Shown in pieces: positions 29,100 through 39,050 of a stretch of DNA of 64,000 nt (positions are counted from its first letter, which is position 1; each line of letters starts with the position of its first letter). Source of the DNA: Spirochaetia bacterium (GTDB taxonomy: Bacteria > Spirochaetota > Spirochaetia > SZUA-6 > Bin103); NCBI GenBank assembly GCA_965203055.1, contig OZ241863.1, positions 3,360,001-3,424,000 on the forward strand, in the 5' to 3' direction. The position numbers and the translations under genes are program-made. Under the pieces are notes generated by a model, which was not told the origin of the DNA, ran no database searches, and saw only the letters and a program-made list of their open reading frames with translations.

Positions 29100-30888
29100 C
29101 GCCCGCGACATCCTCCGAAACGTACTACCAAGGAACATGGCCGACGAAATCTGGTCGGCACGATACGACAAGGTCCTGCCGATTTCCTCCAATGATTTTG
29201 ACCTGTCCGCAGTATTGCCGGCGGTGCTCTACATGTTCCGCTTCGGACAGCGGCGGGGCAGAGGAAGATTCCTTGACACGTTCGTTCGGGAAGACGGCAC
29301 ACGGCCCCAACGGAGAAGGAAGGCCACCGTCGATCGGGTCGCCAAATCGCTTACGGCGACGACGGACCTGCATGGGTTTGACGGCGCGACGGAACGGGCA
29401 GTACTTGGCGACCTGCTGCTCTGCTTCGGTCTGGAAAACCGCAAGCGCGATCTCGGCAGGGACAAGCAGATTCAACGCGTCGCACCCGCCCATTACTTGG
29501 CGAGTTGGGTCGATCTGCCAGACAGTGTGGCAAATCTCCGTTATGTGCCGGAGATGATCGTGGCGATGCTGGCCGATCAGAAAGGCGCGCACGTAGAACC
29601 GAATAGCGAGGAGGACCGCACGTGGTTTGCCGTCGCACGCGGCTTCGAGCACAACGTCCTGCTGCGCGCCTTCAGTCCGGGCATCGACCACCGCGGCGGG
29701 TTCCTTGCCGACCGCAATTCGGACCGCTTCGACGAAACCGACGAGTCGGTCGGTCTGGATCAGCTCCTGATGATTCGGCTTGCGCAGCAGTTGGGTGAGG
29801 CCCCGGACCGGCCGCGCGGCCGCGAAACGGCGAGGATCTCCAATCAGCGGCCAATTGCGGAGCGAGCTGCGGAGTATTTCTCCGAAGATATCCGCCAATT
29901 CGTCCGCGCGTACGCAACGGAGACCCCGCGCCATACCTTCATCGACATGCTGGAGGCGTGCATCTCGATCGGTATGACGGCGATCCTTACCAGCGTGGTC
30001 GAGATGCTGTTCGCTTGGTCCGACACCGGCGCCGTTCCACCTCGGCGCGACCAGCAGCCGGCGGGCATCTTCGTGGACTGTTCCAATGGCGTCGATACGC
30101 GGCTGCGGGGACTGGCCGAACGATCGATGGATGACCTGATGCGCCGCGTGGAGCGTGTCCCGGTCGTCCTGACCACGTTGCGGCTGCTCGACTACTTGGC
30201 CAGGTCCAACAAGCGGGTAGTTACGCAGGACATCCCAACGCGGCCGTACGCAACCGAGTGGCTCAAAGTGCTCGGCGACCTGTTGCATGAACGCCACGCC
30301 GAAGCTCCGTTTATCCACCGCCAGATGGACGACCATAGCGAAACACTCGCCGAGCAGTTGGAGGCCGATTACCCGGCCGCGGCTGAGGTGCTGCGTGATG
30401 ACAAGAGTGAGCCCAACCCGATCCTTCGCCTCGCCACTGCCGTGACGCCGCTCATGGGACGCCGCCATCTGATCGAGATGGTGGACTCGATGCTGCAAAT
30501 CGGGCGCCCGAACGCACTGGCGCTCAAGCGGGTCACGACCCGCGGCGCAGGTACCGCCGGCTCCGGCCGGCGCCGGCGCGACGTCCGCGCGCTGGTCCTG
30601 GGCGACTCGGCGCTGGACCATCTGGTGCATCTGCACCTGCTGCGTAGCGGCAACGCCGGGCTGGGATTGCGCGTCCTGTCGCTGACGGACTTTCTGCGCA
30701 AGATTCGCGAGCGCTACGGATTTCACGTCGATACCGCTCCCTCCGGGACGGCCATCTCCAACGAGTTGCTGCAGCAGAATCGCAGGTTCCTGGAACGGCG
30801 GCTGCGCGATCTTGGACTCCTGATAGGCGTGAACGACGCTGAAGCCATGAAGCGGCTGCAGACGCGCTTCGCGCCGAAGGAGACCTGA
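29089..30888 (+). CDS. Helical accessory subunit (MAD7/DndG-like)
   Basis: Position between kinase-ATPase and HerA-like ATPase with tight coupling; C-terminal FLERRLRDLGLLIGVNDA. Confidence 0.6.
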   Translation: MPNSARDILRNVLPRNMADEIWSARYDKVLPISSNDFDLSAVLPAVLYMFRFGQRRGRGRFLDTFVREDGTRPQRRRKATVDRVAKSLTATTDLHGFDGATERAVLGDLLLCFGLENRKRDLGRDKQIQRVAPAHYLASWVDLPDSVANLRYVPEMIVAMLADQKGAHVEPNSEEDRTWFAVARGFEHNVLLRAFSPGIDHRGGFLADRNSDRFDETDESVGLDQLLMIRLAQQLGEAPDRPRGRETARISNQRPIAERAAEYFSEDIRQFVRAYATETPRHTFIDMLEACISIGMTAILTSVVEMLFAWSDTGAVPPRRDQQPAGIFVDCSNGVDTRLRGLAERSMDDLMRRVERVPVVLTTLRLLDYLARSNKRVVTQDIPTRPYATEWLKVLGDLLHERHAEAPFIHRQMDDHSETLAEQLEADYPAAAEVLRDDKSEPNPILRLATAVTPLMGRRHLIEMVDSMLQIGRPNALALKRVTTRGAGTAGSGRRRRDVRALVLGDSALDHLVHLHLLRSGNAGLGLRVLSLTDFLRKIRERYGFHVDTAPSGTAISNELLQQNRRFLERRLRDLGLLIGVNDAEAMKRLQTRFAPKET

Positions 30889-30889
30889 C

Positions 30890-33800
30890 GTGGCAGGAAA
30901 CGCGCTGCTTGGCCCGCTTCTGGCGCAGGCATTGGCCGGAGAGCTCGGCGATCCGCAACCGGGGGCCATCGCCTACGTCCGCTGCCTGACCCCGGACGTA
31001 GTCGAGCAGCTCGCCGCGGACGCCGGCTTCGAGCCCGAAGGTTGGGCGGTGTGGCGCGTCGCCGATAGCGAGCGGGACGACTTGCGGACGTTCACCGCCG
31101 ACCGGGCGGTCGAGCTGCGCGAAGGCAAGGGCGACGCGATGGTGCTCCTGGTCGATACCGGTCGCGCCGGCGCCGGTATGGACGGCATCTACAGCGCCGG
31201 GCGAGAGGTGAACGAGGCCGGTCTGTTTCGGGCGGCATTGAGCCTGGCCGCCGCGGCGATCACCAAGCGCCAGTCGGCGGTGGTGCGCCGCTATGCGGAG
31301 GACGCGCTCAGGGCGGCGAGACGTGTCGCAGGTGGCCGAGATGCCGTTTCGCCCTGGACGGCGTTTGATTACCTGTGCCGCGTCGCCGTGGGCGAACAGC
31401 CGCCGGGTGCGTATCTGAACCTGATCGGTCTCTGGCCGATTCGCGGCGGCGGCGAGGGATTCGACCATAAGGCGGCCCTGAACGACTCCCGGCGGTTCGT
31501 GGACCGACTGCTGGGGCCGGCAGCCGCCAGCCTCGCGCCCGCCGCCCGGATCGAATCGTTGCGGATGGATCAGAAGTCACGGCAGCGGCACACGCAACTC
31601 GCGCGCTTCCTGCATGCCGCGGACGCCAAGCAACACCTGCACGATGCCCTGAACGAGCTGGCGGAGCAGGAGGAACTGTGGGTCGGCTCACTGCGCACGG
31701 AAGGGCCGGCTCAGTCCATCAAGGAGATCGTACTGACGCCGTGGCGCAACCGTAGCGGCAAGGTCCACCACTGGTCGGGACTGACGGACGATGACGACGC
31801 GGAAGGTCCACCGGTGCTGAACCTGGGAACGGACCAAGACCGGCAGCGCGCCACCCTGGAAGTCCGCTGGAAGGCCGATCCCGGCGACATAGAACGTAGC
31901 GCAGTCGACTATCGGGTGGTGATCCGGACCAGCCTGGACGAGGAACTTGCCGTTCAGGACGTTCCGCATTCCGCCAGAAAGGGCGGCGAGAAATGTCGGT
32001 TCAGCCGTGACGACTTTGCATCCCTGCCCGACGACGCAGTGCAGCCGGCCAAGGTGGTCGTGGCGGTGATCGGCGAAGATGACAACGAGCGGATCGAACC
32101 GCAGGAGAGCGAGGAGTTCGAAATCCGCTTCGGCGACCCGCCCGAGCCGGGGCATGGCGGCGTCAGCAAAGTGGAGCGAACATTCAGCGAGGGGCTGGCC
32201 GGCCTGCGCGGTCGCGACGCAGTGGCCGAGATCGCAACGAGTCCGTCGTTGGCGGCCGGCAGCGGATCCGTGGGTTACGTCACGCTGCGCACGCCGGTCG
32301 AGCAGGGGCGGCGCCGGAGCTTTCGGGTGCTGCGCCCGTCCTTGGTCGCCGAGGTTGAAGAAGACTGGGCGAACCATAATGGCCGGATCGGGCGCTGGAC
32401 GGTCAAGGTGCGGAGCTCAGGGGAGCGCGCCGAGCTCGCTCAGTTCTTGCCGATGGCCGGCTCCGGGCCGGCATGGGAACGGGCCGTCACCGCCAGCCGC
32501 AAAATCGCCGAATGGTTCGCCAAGACTTACGGCGGGGTCGCGCAGGTATACGACGAGTGCGGCAAGCCGTTTGATCTGATCAGAGGGTACCTGCGCGCAT
32601 GGTCGGCGCTGTTGGAAGGCGGCGATCCGACACATGCTCTCGCCCAGACCGTCGAGGTTCAGTCGCTTTCCGGCAGCCCGATCGGCTTGATCGTACTGCC
32701 GGCCCATCCACTGCGGGTGGCGTGGCACGCAGCTTACGACAATCTCGTGCTGCACGCCGCGTTCGAGCAAGGCGAGACGGCCAGCAACATCCGCAAGGAA
32801 CTGAAGGGCCTAGACGGCGCCATGTTCCCGGCATTCCTGCCCAATCCGCACGGCGGCGCGTTCGTGTTCGCCGACACGCTGGGCTTTCACGCGGCCGGCA
32901 TGGTGCCGGATCTCGACCGCGAGCCGAAAGCCGCCGTGGCGCTGCTGGCGCGCGCCTTCGGCGACAACACCGGGGATGCCGCGCCCACGGTGGGCGGGCA
33001 GAGCGCCGCGGTGCTGGGAAACGAAATCGTCAAGTACCTGTCGTGTCACGACACGGCGCGATTGCTGCGCGTGCACACCCTGCGCGCCGGCGACGGCATG
33101 ACGGTGGCACGGGCGCTTGGCGAGGTCCTCCGCCACTACGTCTCCTCTGACGACGAGGCAGAGGACGCGGATACGCTGCCGCCGGCGCCGGTATTCTCGC
33201 TGGAGCTGTATCCTTCAGAGGATCAGCGCGGCGTCACCGGGCGCTTCATCGCCGACGCGCGCGAGAAGCGGCGCAGCGGCGCCGGGGTGCTGGCCGAAGC
33301 GGACCGTTGGATGCTGGAATCCCTGAGTCTTCCCGGCGGCGTCAATCTGCCCCGGCTGCGCTGGGCGCGCAAGGATCAGCAGGATCCGAAGAAGGCAGCG
33401 CACCTGGCGGTCGCCTTCGATACGTTCGAATCCAGGGTGATCGCCGGCCACTCGCCTGCTGCTCCTGTGTCCCGTGCCTGGCACGCGTTCGGGCTGTTGT
33501 CGTTCTACGAACGCCAGTACGCGAGCGTGCCGGGACCCCAATGGACCAGCAGTGCTGGGCCCGCGAGCAAGGGAGAAAAGCACCCGTCCGGCAGGAGTCA
33601 CACCGACACCCTCACTCGCCTGCAGGAGGCACTGCATCGGACGGTCGCTCACCATCTGGGCGCGGAGTCGGGGGTGCCCGTGTTACGAACGGAGATATCC
33701 GATGATAAGGCGGAAAACCTCAAAGCGTTGCACCGATTGTGCGACTGGGTGGTGACGCTGGACCGGAACGCGGGCATCGAGTACTTCGATTCTCCGCGCG

Positions 33801-35866
33801 ACCATCAGGAGATCTACGATGCGTACGTGATCGACTGCGTGCCGGAGCGCGAGGATCTCGGCTGCCTGCAGATGATCACCTCCACCGCCAACTTGGCGGA
33901 GGTCCGCAGTCTGCTCGACCGCGCCCTCGACCAGATGGGATTGAGCCGCAGCCTCCGCAACGCGGAGTTCCTGATGGAGCGCTTGAAGGCTCTCAGCGGC
34001 CGGCTCGCCATCCGTCTCACCGGCCACCGTCCGGCCACCTCCGAACTGATCGCTTTGGCCGTAGCTCACGCCCACTGTACGACCGCCGCGCCGGATGACG
34101 TGTGCTGGCTGCCGCTCCGGGACGGATTCATCGTTCCGGCCGATGACGTACGCGATCTGCTGCCGCCGCTGTCGGCGGCGGAGGACGAGGATGACGCGGG
34201 TGAACCGGTGAGCCGCGTGCGTCCCGATCTGATCCATGTCTCGACCACGCCGCACAGCGGGCTGCGGTTGCGCTTCATCGAGGTGAAGTACCGCCGGCAT
34301 CTACGGACGGCGCGAGCGCCTGAGATGCTCGACGGGATACGGAGACAAACCGACGGACTCCGGTCGCGGTGGGAGGAGTGGTACGATCACGAGAACGTCT
34401 GCGCCACGTTCCGGGCGATCCGCCGCGCCAAGCTGGCGCGCGTGCTGCGCTTCTACGCCGACAAGGCGCAGCGACACGGTCTGCCGGCGGAACGACACGC
34501 GGCGCTGGTTGCCGAAATCGACCGCATGATCGAACGCGGCGGAAACTACGCCTTCGCAACTAATGCGGATGACCGGGGCTGGGTATTCTGCCCGGACTAC
34601 GGGGGCGAGCGGCCGCTGCTGATCTCCCCGAACGAGTGGGAGACGAAGATCTACCTGTTCGGTCCGGGCCGCCTGCCGGACTCGGACTTCCGCTTCGAGC
34701 CGGCTCCGGCGGAACCATCCGCGAACCAACCGATCGTACCCACCCCCGAAGCTCAGCCCGGTCCGGATACCTCAGCCTCGCTCAACACGGCGAACGCGTC
34801 GTCCGAAGATGCGGAGCAGACCACACCCTCCGTGTGTCTCGGCACCGACGCCCGTACCAACGCCGCGGTCGATTGGTCACTGGAGGTGCAGGGCAATCCC
34901 CATCTCCTGATCGCCGGACTGCCGGGGATGGGGAAGACGACCTGCCTGCTGAACCTGTGTCGGCAGCTCGTGGCGGCGCAGGTGCGGCCGATCGTCTTCT
35001 CCTACCATCAGGACATCGACGAGCGGCTCGCCGAGACCGTCGAGTCCGTACGCTTCATCGACTTCGATGGACTCGGTTTCCATCCCTTGCAGGTAGTCGA
35101 CCGCACCGCGCGGGTGCCGTATCTGGACATTGCGGCCGACCTGCGGGACATCTTCACGGCCATCTATCCCGAGCTCGGAGACCTCCAGGGAGAGCGCATT
35201 CGGACCGCCGTCAAGGATAGCTTCGTGGAAGCGGGGTGGGGACCCGACGGGGCGCCCGCAGACGCAGCCGTGCCGGAGTTCGTGCGCTTCGTCGAGATTC
35301 TGCGCGCCACCCCCAAGCCCGATCGCGGTCTGAGCACGCTGCTCGCCCGGCTCAACGAACTCGACGACTACGGATTCTTCCACGTCCGGGAGTCGCACCG
35401 CAGCCTGTGGGATCACGACCAGCCCACCGTCATCCGCATCCACACGACGCAGAACGAGAACTTGCAGCGGGCGTTCGCGTCGCTGGTGTTCTACGGCCTG
35501 TACAAGGAAATGTTCCGGCGCGGCACCCAGGAGCGCATCACCCACGCGCTGGTGTTCGACGAGGCGCACCGCGCGGCGCGGTTGCGGCTCATTCCAACGA
35601 TGGCCAAGGAGTGCCGCAAGTACGGCATCTCTCTGGTGCTTGCGTCTCAGGAGGCGCGCGACTTCAACGTCTCCGTATTCTCGGCGATCGCCAACTATCT
35701 GGTCCTGCGCCTCACCGAGACCGATGCCCGATTCCTGGTCAGGAACGTTTCCAACTCCCGGCAGGAGCGCGCGCTGATCGACCGGATCAAGCAGATGGAG
35801 CGCTTCAAGGGCCTGTTCTTTACGGAAAGCCGGAGCCAGCCGTCGACGGTCAATCTTACGTCATAG
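30890..35866 (+). CDS. Large PD-(D/E)xK nuclease plus C-terminal HerA/FtsK-like ATPase (MAD8/DndH-like)
   Basis: 1658 aa; HPLRVAW; RPDLIHV...FIEVKYR; HLLIAGLPGMGKT, LVFDEAH, KECRKYG, LASQ. Confidence 0.8.
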   Translation: MAGNALLGPLLAQALAGELGDPQPGAIAYVRCLTPDVVEQLAADAGFEPEGWAVWRVADSERDDLRTFTADRAVELREGKGDAMVLLVDTGRAGAGMDGIYSAGREVNEAGLFRAALSLAAAAITKRQSAVVRRYAEDALRAARRVAGGRDAVSPWTAFDYLCRVAVGEQPPGAYLNLIGLWPIRGGGEGFDHKAALNDSRRFVDRLLGPAAASLAPAARIESLRMDQKSRQRHTQLARFLHAADAKQHLHDALNELAEQEELWVGSLRTEGPAQSIKEIVLTPWRNRSGKVHHWSGLTDDDDAEGPPVLNLGTDQDRQRATLEVRWKADPGDIERSAVDYRVVIRTSLDEELAVQDVPHSARKGGEKCRFSRDDFASLPDDAVQPAKVVVAVIGEDDNERIEPQESEEFEIRFGDPPEPGHGGVSKVERTFSEGLAGLRGRDAVAEIATSPSLAAGSGSVGYVTLRTPVEQGRRRSFRVLRPSLVAEVEEDWANHNGRIGRWTVKVRSSGERAELAQFLPMAGSGPAWERAVTASRKIAEWFAKTYGGVAQVYDECGKPFDLIRGYLRAWSALLEGGDPTHALAQTVEVQSLSGSPIGLIVLPAHPLRVAWHAAYDNLVLHAAFEQGETASNIRKELKGLDGAMFPAFLPNPHGGAFVFADTLGFHAAGMVPDLDREPKAAVALLARAFGDNTGDAAPTVGGQSAAVLGNEIVKYLSCHDTARLLRVHTLRAGDGMTVARALGEVLRHYVSSDDEAEDADTLPPAPVFSLELYPSEDQRGVTGRFIADAREKRRSGAGVLAEADRWMLESLSLPGGVNLPRLRWARKDQQDPKKAAHLAVAFDTFESRVIAGHSPAAPVSRAWHAFGLLSFYERQYASVPGPQWTSSAGPASKGEKHPSGRSHTDTLTRLQEALHRTVAHHLGAESGVPVLRTEISDDKAENLKALHRLCDWVVTLDRNAGIEYFDSPRDHQEIYDAYVIDCVPEREDLGCLQMITSTANLAEVRSLLDRALDQMGLSRSLRNAEFLMERLKALSGRLAIRLTGHRPATSELIALAVAHAHCTTAAPDDVCWLPLRDGFIVPADDVRDLLPPLSAAEDEDDAGEPVSRVRPDLIHVSTTPHSGLRLRFIEVKYRRHLRTARAPEMLDGIRRQTDGLRSRWEEWYDHENVCATFRAIRRAKLARVLRFYADKAQRHGLPAERHAALVAEIDRMIERGGNYAFATNADDRGWVFCPDYGGERPLLISPNEWETKIYLFGPGRLPDSDFRFEPAPAEPSANQPIVPTPEAQPGPDTSASLNTANASSEDAEQTTPSVCLGTDARTNAAVDWSLEVQGNPHLLIAGLPGMGKTTCLLNLCRQLVAAQVRPIVFSYHQDIDERLAETVESVRFIDFDGLGFHPLQVVDRTARVPYLDIAADLRDIFTAIYPELGDLQGERIRTAVKDSFVEAGWGPDGAPADAAVPEFVRFVEILRATPKPDRGLSTLLARLNELDDYGFFHVRESHRSLWDHDQPTVIRIHTTQNENLQRAFASLVFYGLYKEMFRRGTQERITHALVFDEAHRAARLRLIPTMAKECRKYGISLVLASQEARDFNVSVFSAIANYLVLRLTETDARFLVRNVSNSRQERALIDRIKQMERFKGLFFTESRSQPSTVNLTS

Positions 35867-35870
35867 TCAG

Positions 35871-36128
35871 ATGTCTGGGATGCCAGCCACAAGCCAGACG
35901 TGCGTGGGAGTCGAAATACGCCGATGTGTTCCGCCTTTGGGCGCTCAGGCCGAGGACTATCGGCTGCGTGCGGCGCGCGCGGCGTTCCGGCAGTTTCATG
36001 CCCAGTGTTTCTGGTACCTGCGGGCCGACCTGGAGATCACGTTCGCGGACGTGCCCATGATTGCCGACGGGTTGCGGAAGAACGGCGGCCGCGCCGGCTT
36101 CCTGATTGCCGCTGAGCTATGCCGTTGA
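35871..36128 (+). CDS. Small protein, probable antitoxin partner of the downstream nucleotidyltransferase (start uncertain)
   Basis: QCFWYLRADLEIT...GLRKNGGR; overlaps the next gene. Confidence 0.55.
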   Translation: MSGMPATSQTCVGVEIRRCVPPLGAQAEDYRLRAARAAFRQFHAQCFWYLRADLEITFADVPMIADGLRKNGGRAGFLIAAELCR

Positions 36129-36919
36129 CCCGCCTGCACACGGCTCTGCTTACCCGAATCGCCGCCAACCGCAATCCCGAAAGCTACGTCGCGGGAGCGA
36201 CCGTGGTGCATCTCGCGCCGGACTCGCCCCGATTCTCGAACGACATCGATCTGTTTCACGACCTCGAAGACAGCGTTGCCGAGAGCGCAGAGGCGGATGC
36301 CGCGACGCTGCGCGCCGCCGGCTACGAGCTTTCCTGGTTGCTGCGGACTCCAACGTTCCACCGTGCTCTGGTAACCGCGGCCGGGGAGCAACTGAAGCTC
36401 GAGTGGGCGCATGACAGCGCGTACCGCTTCTTTCCGGTTCAGAGAGATGATCTGTGCGGCTATAGACTGCACGACGCGGACGCGGCAACGAACAAGGTCC
36501 TGGCGCTGGCGGGGCGCAACGAAGTCCGCGACTTCGTGGATGTCCTGCACCTGCATGCCACCTACCTTTCGCTCGGCGCCCTGGCGTGGGCGGCCTGTGG
36601 CAAGGATCCCGGGTACACCCCACAGTTTCTCCTCGACTATGCATGCCGGCACGTCGCCTATACCCAGGAAGATATCGACCGGCTCAGCCTGCGCGAACCG
36701 CTTGACATCAGGGAGATGAAGCAGCGCTGGCTCGCCGCGGTCGCGGACGCCCGTGATACCGTAGCCGCGCTGCCCCCCGAGGAGGTGGGAAGTCTCTATC
36801 TCGGACCGGATGGGCAGCCCCAGACGCCCGTTGCGGCATCCCCACGATTTCACCAACTGACGCGCCACACCGGGCGCGTGCGCGGCGCATGGCCGACCGT
36901 GTCGCGCTACCCTGGCTGA
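36119..36919 (+). CDS. AbiEii-like nucleotidyltransferase domain protein
   Basis: YVAGAT...RFSNDIDLF...NKVLALAGR..RDFVD. Confidence 0.75.
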   Translation: MPLTRLHTALLTRIAANRNPESYVAGATVVHLAPDSPRFSNDIDLFHDLEDSVAESAEADAATLRAAGYELSWLLRTPTFHRALVTAAGEQLKLEWAHDSAYRFFPVQRDDLCGYRLHDADAATNKVLALAGRNEVRDFVDVLHLHATYLSLGALAWAACGKDPGYTPQFLLDYACRHVAYTQEDIDRLSLREPLDIREMKQRWLAAVADARDTVAALPPEEVGSLYLGPDGQPQTPVAASPRFHQLTRHTGRVRGAWPTVSRYPG

Positions 36920-37004
36920 CCGAGTCTGCCTATGGCCAAGGATCGAATGCCCGCCACCCGCCTCGCCGGCCGCCGTTGGGCGGCGGCGCGGGGCGCTACT
37001 GGCG

Positions 37005-37793
37005 CTACACGGTCAGGTACTTGCCCGGAATGCGGGTGACATCAAACTCGGCTTCCGGGTCACGTTCGGCGATTGCGCGCGGGACTTCGCCCTCCCAGTA
37101 GTCGGGTACCGTGTCCGGGCGGCCGTGCCACAGCAGCAACAGATCGCGCGGCTCGTCGGTCTGGTTCTTGTAGGCGGCATGCAGGACGCGCGCGTCGGCG
37201 AGCACCAGGTCGCGCGGCCCCACCTCCACGTTCACCTGATCCGGGTGGTCGCTGAACATGACGGGATGGTCCTCTTCGATGAACCGGGCGCCCTGCTCGT
37301 GCGCGGTCACCAGCTGGTCGTGCAGCGGGATGCGTTTGAGGTGCGTGCCGGGGATGATCTTCAGGCACCCGTTTTCGACGTTGGTGCCCTCCAGGTAGTA
37401 GGAGACGAAGATCTTCTGCGGCCACGGCGTGCAGCTCAACGGATCGTTCCATTGCATCCAGTCCTGATGCCAGTAGAGCGCCGGACCGCGCGCCGGCTTG
37501 GTGAGGACGAGCAGGGACTCGCTGTGGACGAAGTCGCCGAATCCTAGTTCGGCGAGCGCCTGCCGCGTGGGCTGCCACTCCGCGAGCCGGCGCATGATCG
37601 GGTTGTCGGCGAACTTGATGCCAAGGTGAGTGCCCTGGTACTTGGTGTCGGGGTGATGCTGTTCGGTCGCGTTGAGGCGGGCCGTCTCCTGCCGCAGCTC
37701 AGCAACGAGCGCGTCGGTCAGCACCTCGGGGACCACACAGAATCCATCGCGGAGCATCTGCTCCCGCGTCTGCCGTGCGACTTCCGGTGTCAT
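37005..37793 (-). CDS. Phytanoyl-CoA dioxygenase (PhyH) family protein
   Basis: DGFCVV, WHQD (HxD), NGCLKIIPGTH, VLHAA..N. Confidence 0.88.
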   Translation of the reverse strand: MTPEVARQTREQMLRDGFCVVPEVLTDALVAELRQETARLNATEQHHPDTKYQGTHLGIKFADNPIMRRLAEWQPTRQALAELGFGDFVHSESLLVLTKPARGPALYWHQDWMQWNDPLSCTPWPQKIFVSYYLEGTNVENGCLKIIPGTHLKRIPLHDQLVTAHEQGARFIEEDHPVMFSDHPDQVNVEVGPRDLVLADARVLHAAYKNQTDEPRDLLLLWHGRPDTVPDYWEGEVPRAIAERDPEAEFDVTRIPGKYLTV

Positions 37794-38929
37794 GTTCCCC
37801 ACGATAGCACGAAGTCGCGCAACGCTTCCGGCGTCTTGATTCCGAGAAGGTGGAAGGACTCCGCGAACGAGGTTCGTCCGCCCAACGTGCTGATCACCAG
37901 CGCGCGGCCGAAGCGGCGCCCTACGCGCGACTGGAGGGTGGGGAAGAAGCTGCCGCCCGTTGCCGCCGCCCGCGTCAGCAGACGGTCATGCTCCGCCTGG
38001 TAGGCTGCCCGAAATGCGGCATCGCCCAATGCCCCCAGGTCGTGGATACGCCGCAGCAGGACCAGCGTGCTGACCTTGAACCGGCGCGCCAGGCGCTTCA
38101 GCGCCGCGGACAGATCTTCTTCCGGTCGAAATTGCTCGCGCAACGCCGGGAGCGGCACGAGCAGCTCGGCCGCGACCCGGTTGCACCAGCCTTCGACCGC
38201 GTGCGCCGGCATCGAGATTGGCGCCGAATCGGAGAGCGCCGACTGACCCAACCAGAGATGCGCCAGTTCGTGGGCCAGGGTGAACATCTGGGCGGCCTTC
38301 GTGTCCGCGGCGTTGATGAAGATGAGCGGAGCGACCTCGTCCGCCAGCGCGAATCCTCGAAACTCCTCCGGGTCGAGCTTGCGATGCGTATTGTTGCCGA
38401 CGACGCTGTTTACCATCACCAGGACGCCAAGCGCCTCGGCCGCGGCGATGAAGTGACGCAGCGCCTCGGTCCAGGTCGGAAGCGCTGCCTGCGCCGCCAA
38501 GTCGAGCTTGAGCGAGTCCCGAATCCGCGTCGCGGCGTGCTCGATGTCACTGGTGCGCGTCTCCGACGCGACGAACGGCAGCGGCCCCTCCCCTTCCGTA
38601 CGGGCGAACTCCCGATACCACTCCTGGCGTTGCTGGCACAGATAGATGGTGCTGAGCAGGTTGGGGCTGGGCCGGCCCATGGGGACGCTGCCGACCGTGC
38701 GCAGATCGGGAATCGGCAGCGACTCGTCGGGGGGCTCGGTCAGAAAGAAGTACCCCACCGCCGCCTGAGTTGCCTTGGCGAGATCTTCCACCTGCCTCAG
38801 CGTCGGCTGCGCGGCGCCGTTCTCCCACTCCTGGTATCTGGGGAACCGCCGCGTCAATGTCTCCATCTCCAGGCCGGCGCGTTCACGCGCCCAGCGCAGC
38901 AGCTCCGGCTTGACCGGCGCGCGAATCAT
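37790..38929 (-). CDS. XRE-family HTH fused to ImmA/IrrE metallopeptidase
   Basis: PELLRWARERAG...WENG..QPTLRQ; EFRGFAL; FTLAHELAHLW (HExxH). Confidence 0.9.
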   Translation of the reverse strand: MIRAPVKPELLRWARERAGLEMETLTRRFPRYQEWENGAAQPTLRQVEDLAKATQAAVGYFFLTEPPDESLPIPDLRTVGSVPMGRPSPNLLSTIYLCQQRQEWYREFARTEGEGPLPFVASETRTSDIEHAATRIRDSLKLDLAAQAALPTWTEALRHFIAAAEALGVLVMVNSVVGNNTHRKLDPEEFRGFALADEVAPLIFINAADTKAAQMFTLAHELAHLWLGQSALSDSAPISMPAHAVEGWCNRVAAELLVPLPALREQFRPEEDLSAALKRLARRFKVSTLVLLRRIHDLGALGDAAFRAAYQAEHDRLLTRAAATGGSFFPTLQSRVGRRFGRALVISTLGGRTSFAESFHLLGIKTPEALRDFVLSWGT

Positions 38930-39050
38930 CGCGCCCCGCGCGCACGGGAGCGGCGGAGTGCGCCGCGCCGCCGCCGTCCGGTCAGCCGGCAGCCCGGGTG
39001 GATCGGTTTGGGGAGAATACCGGGAGTTCCAACCACCATCGCCGCCATCG

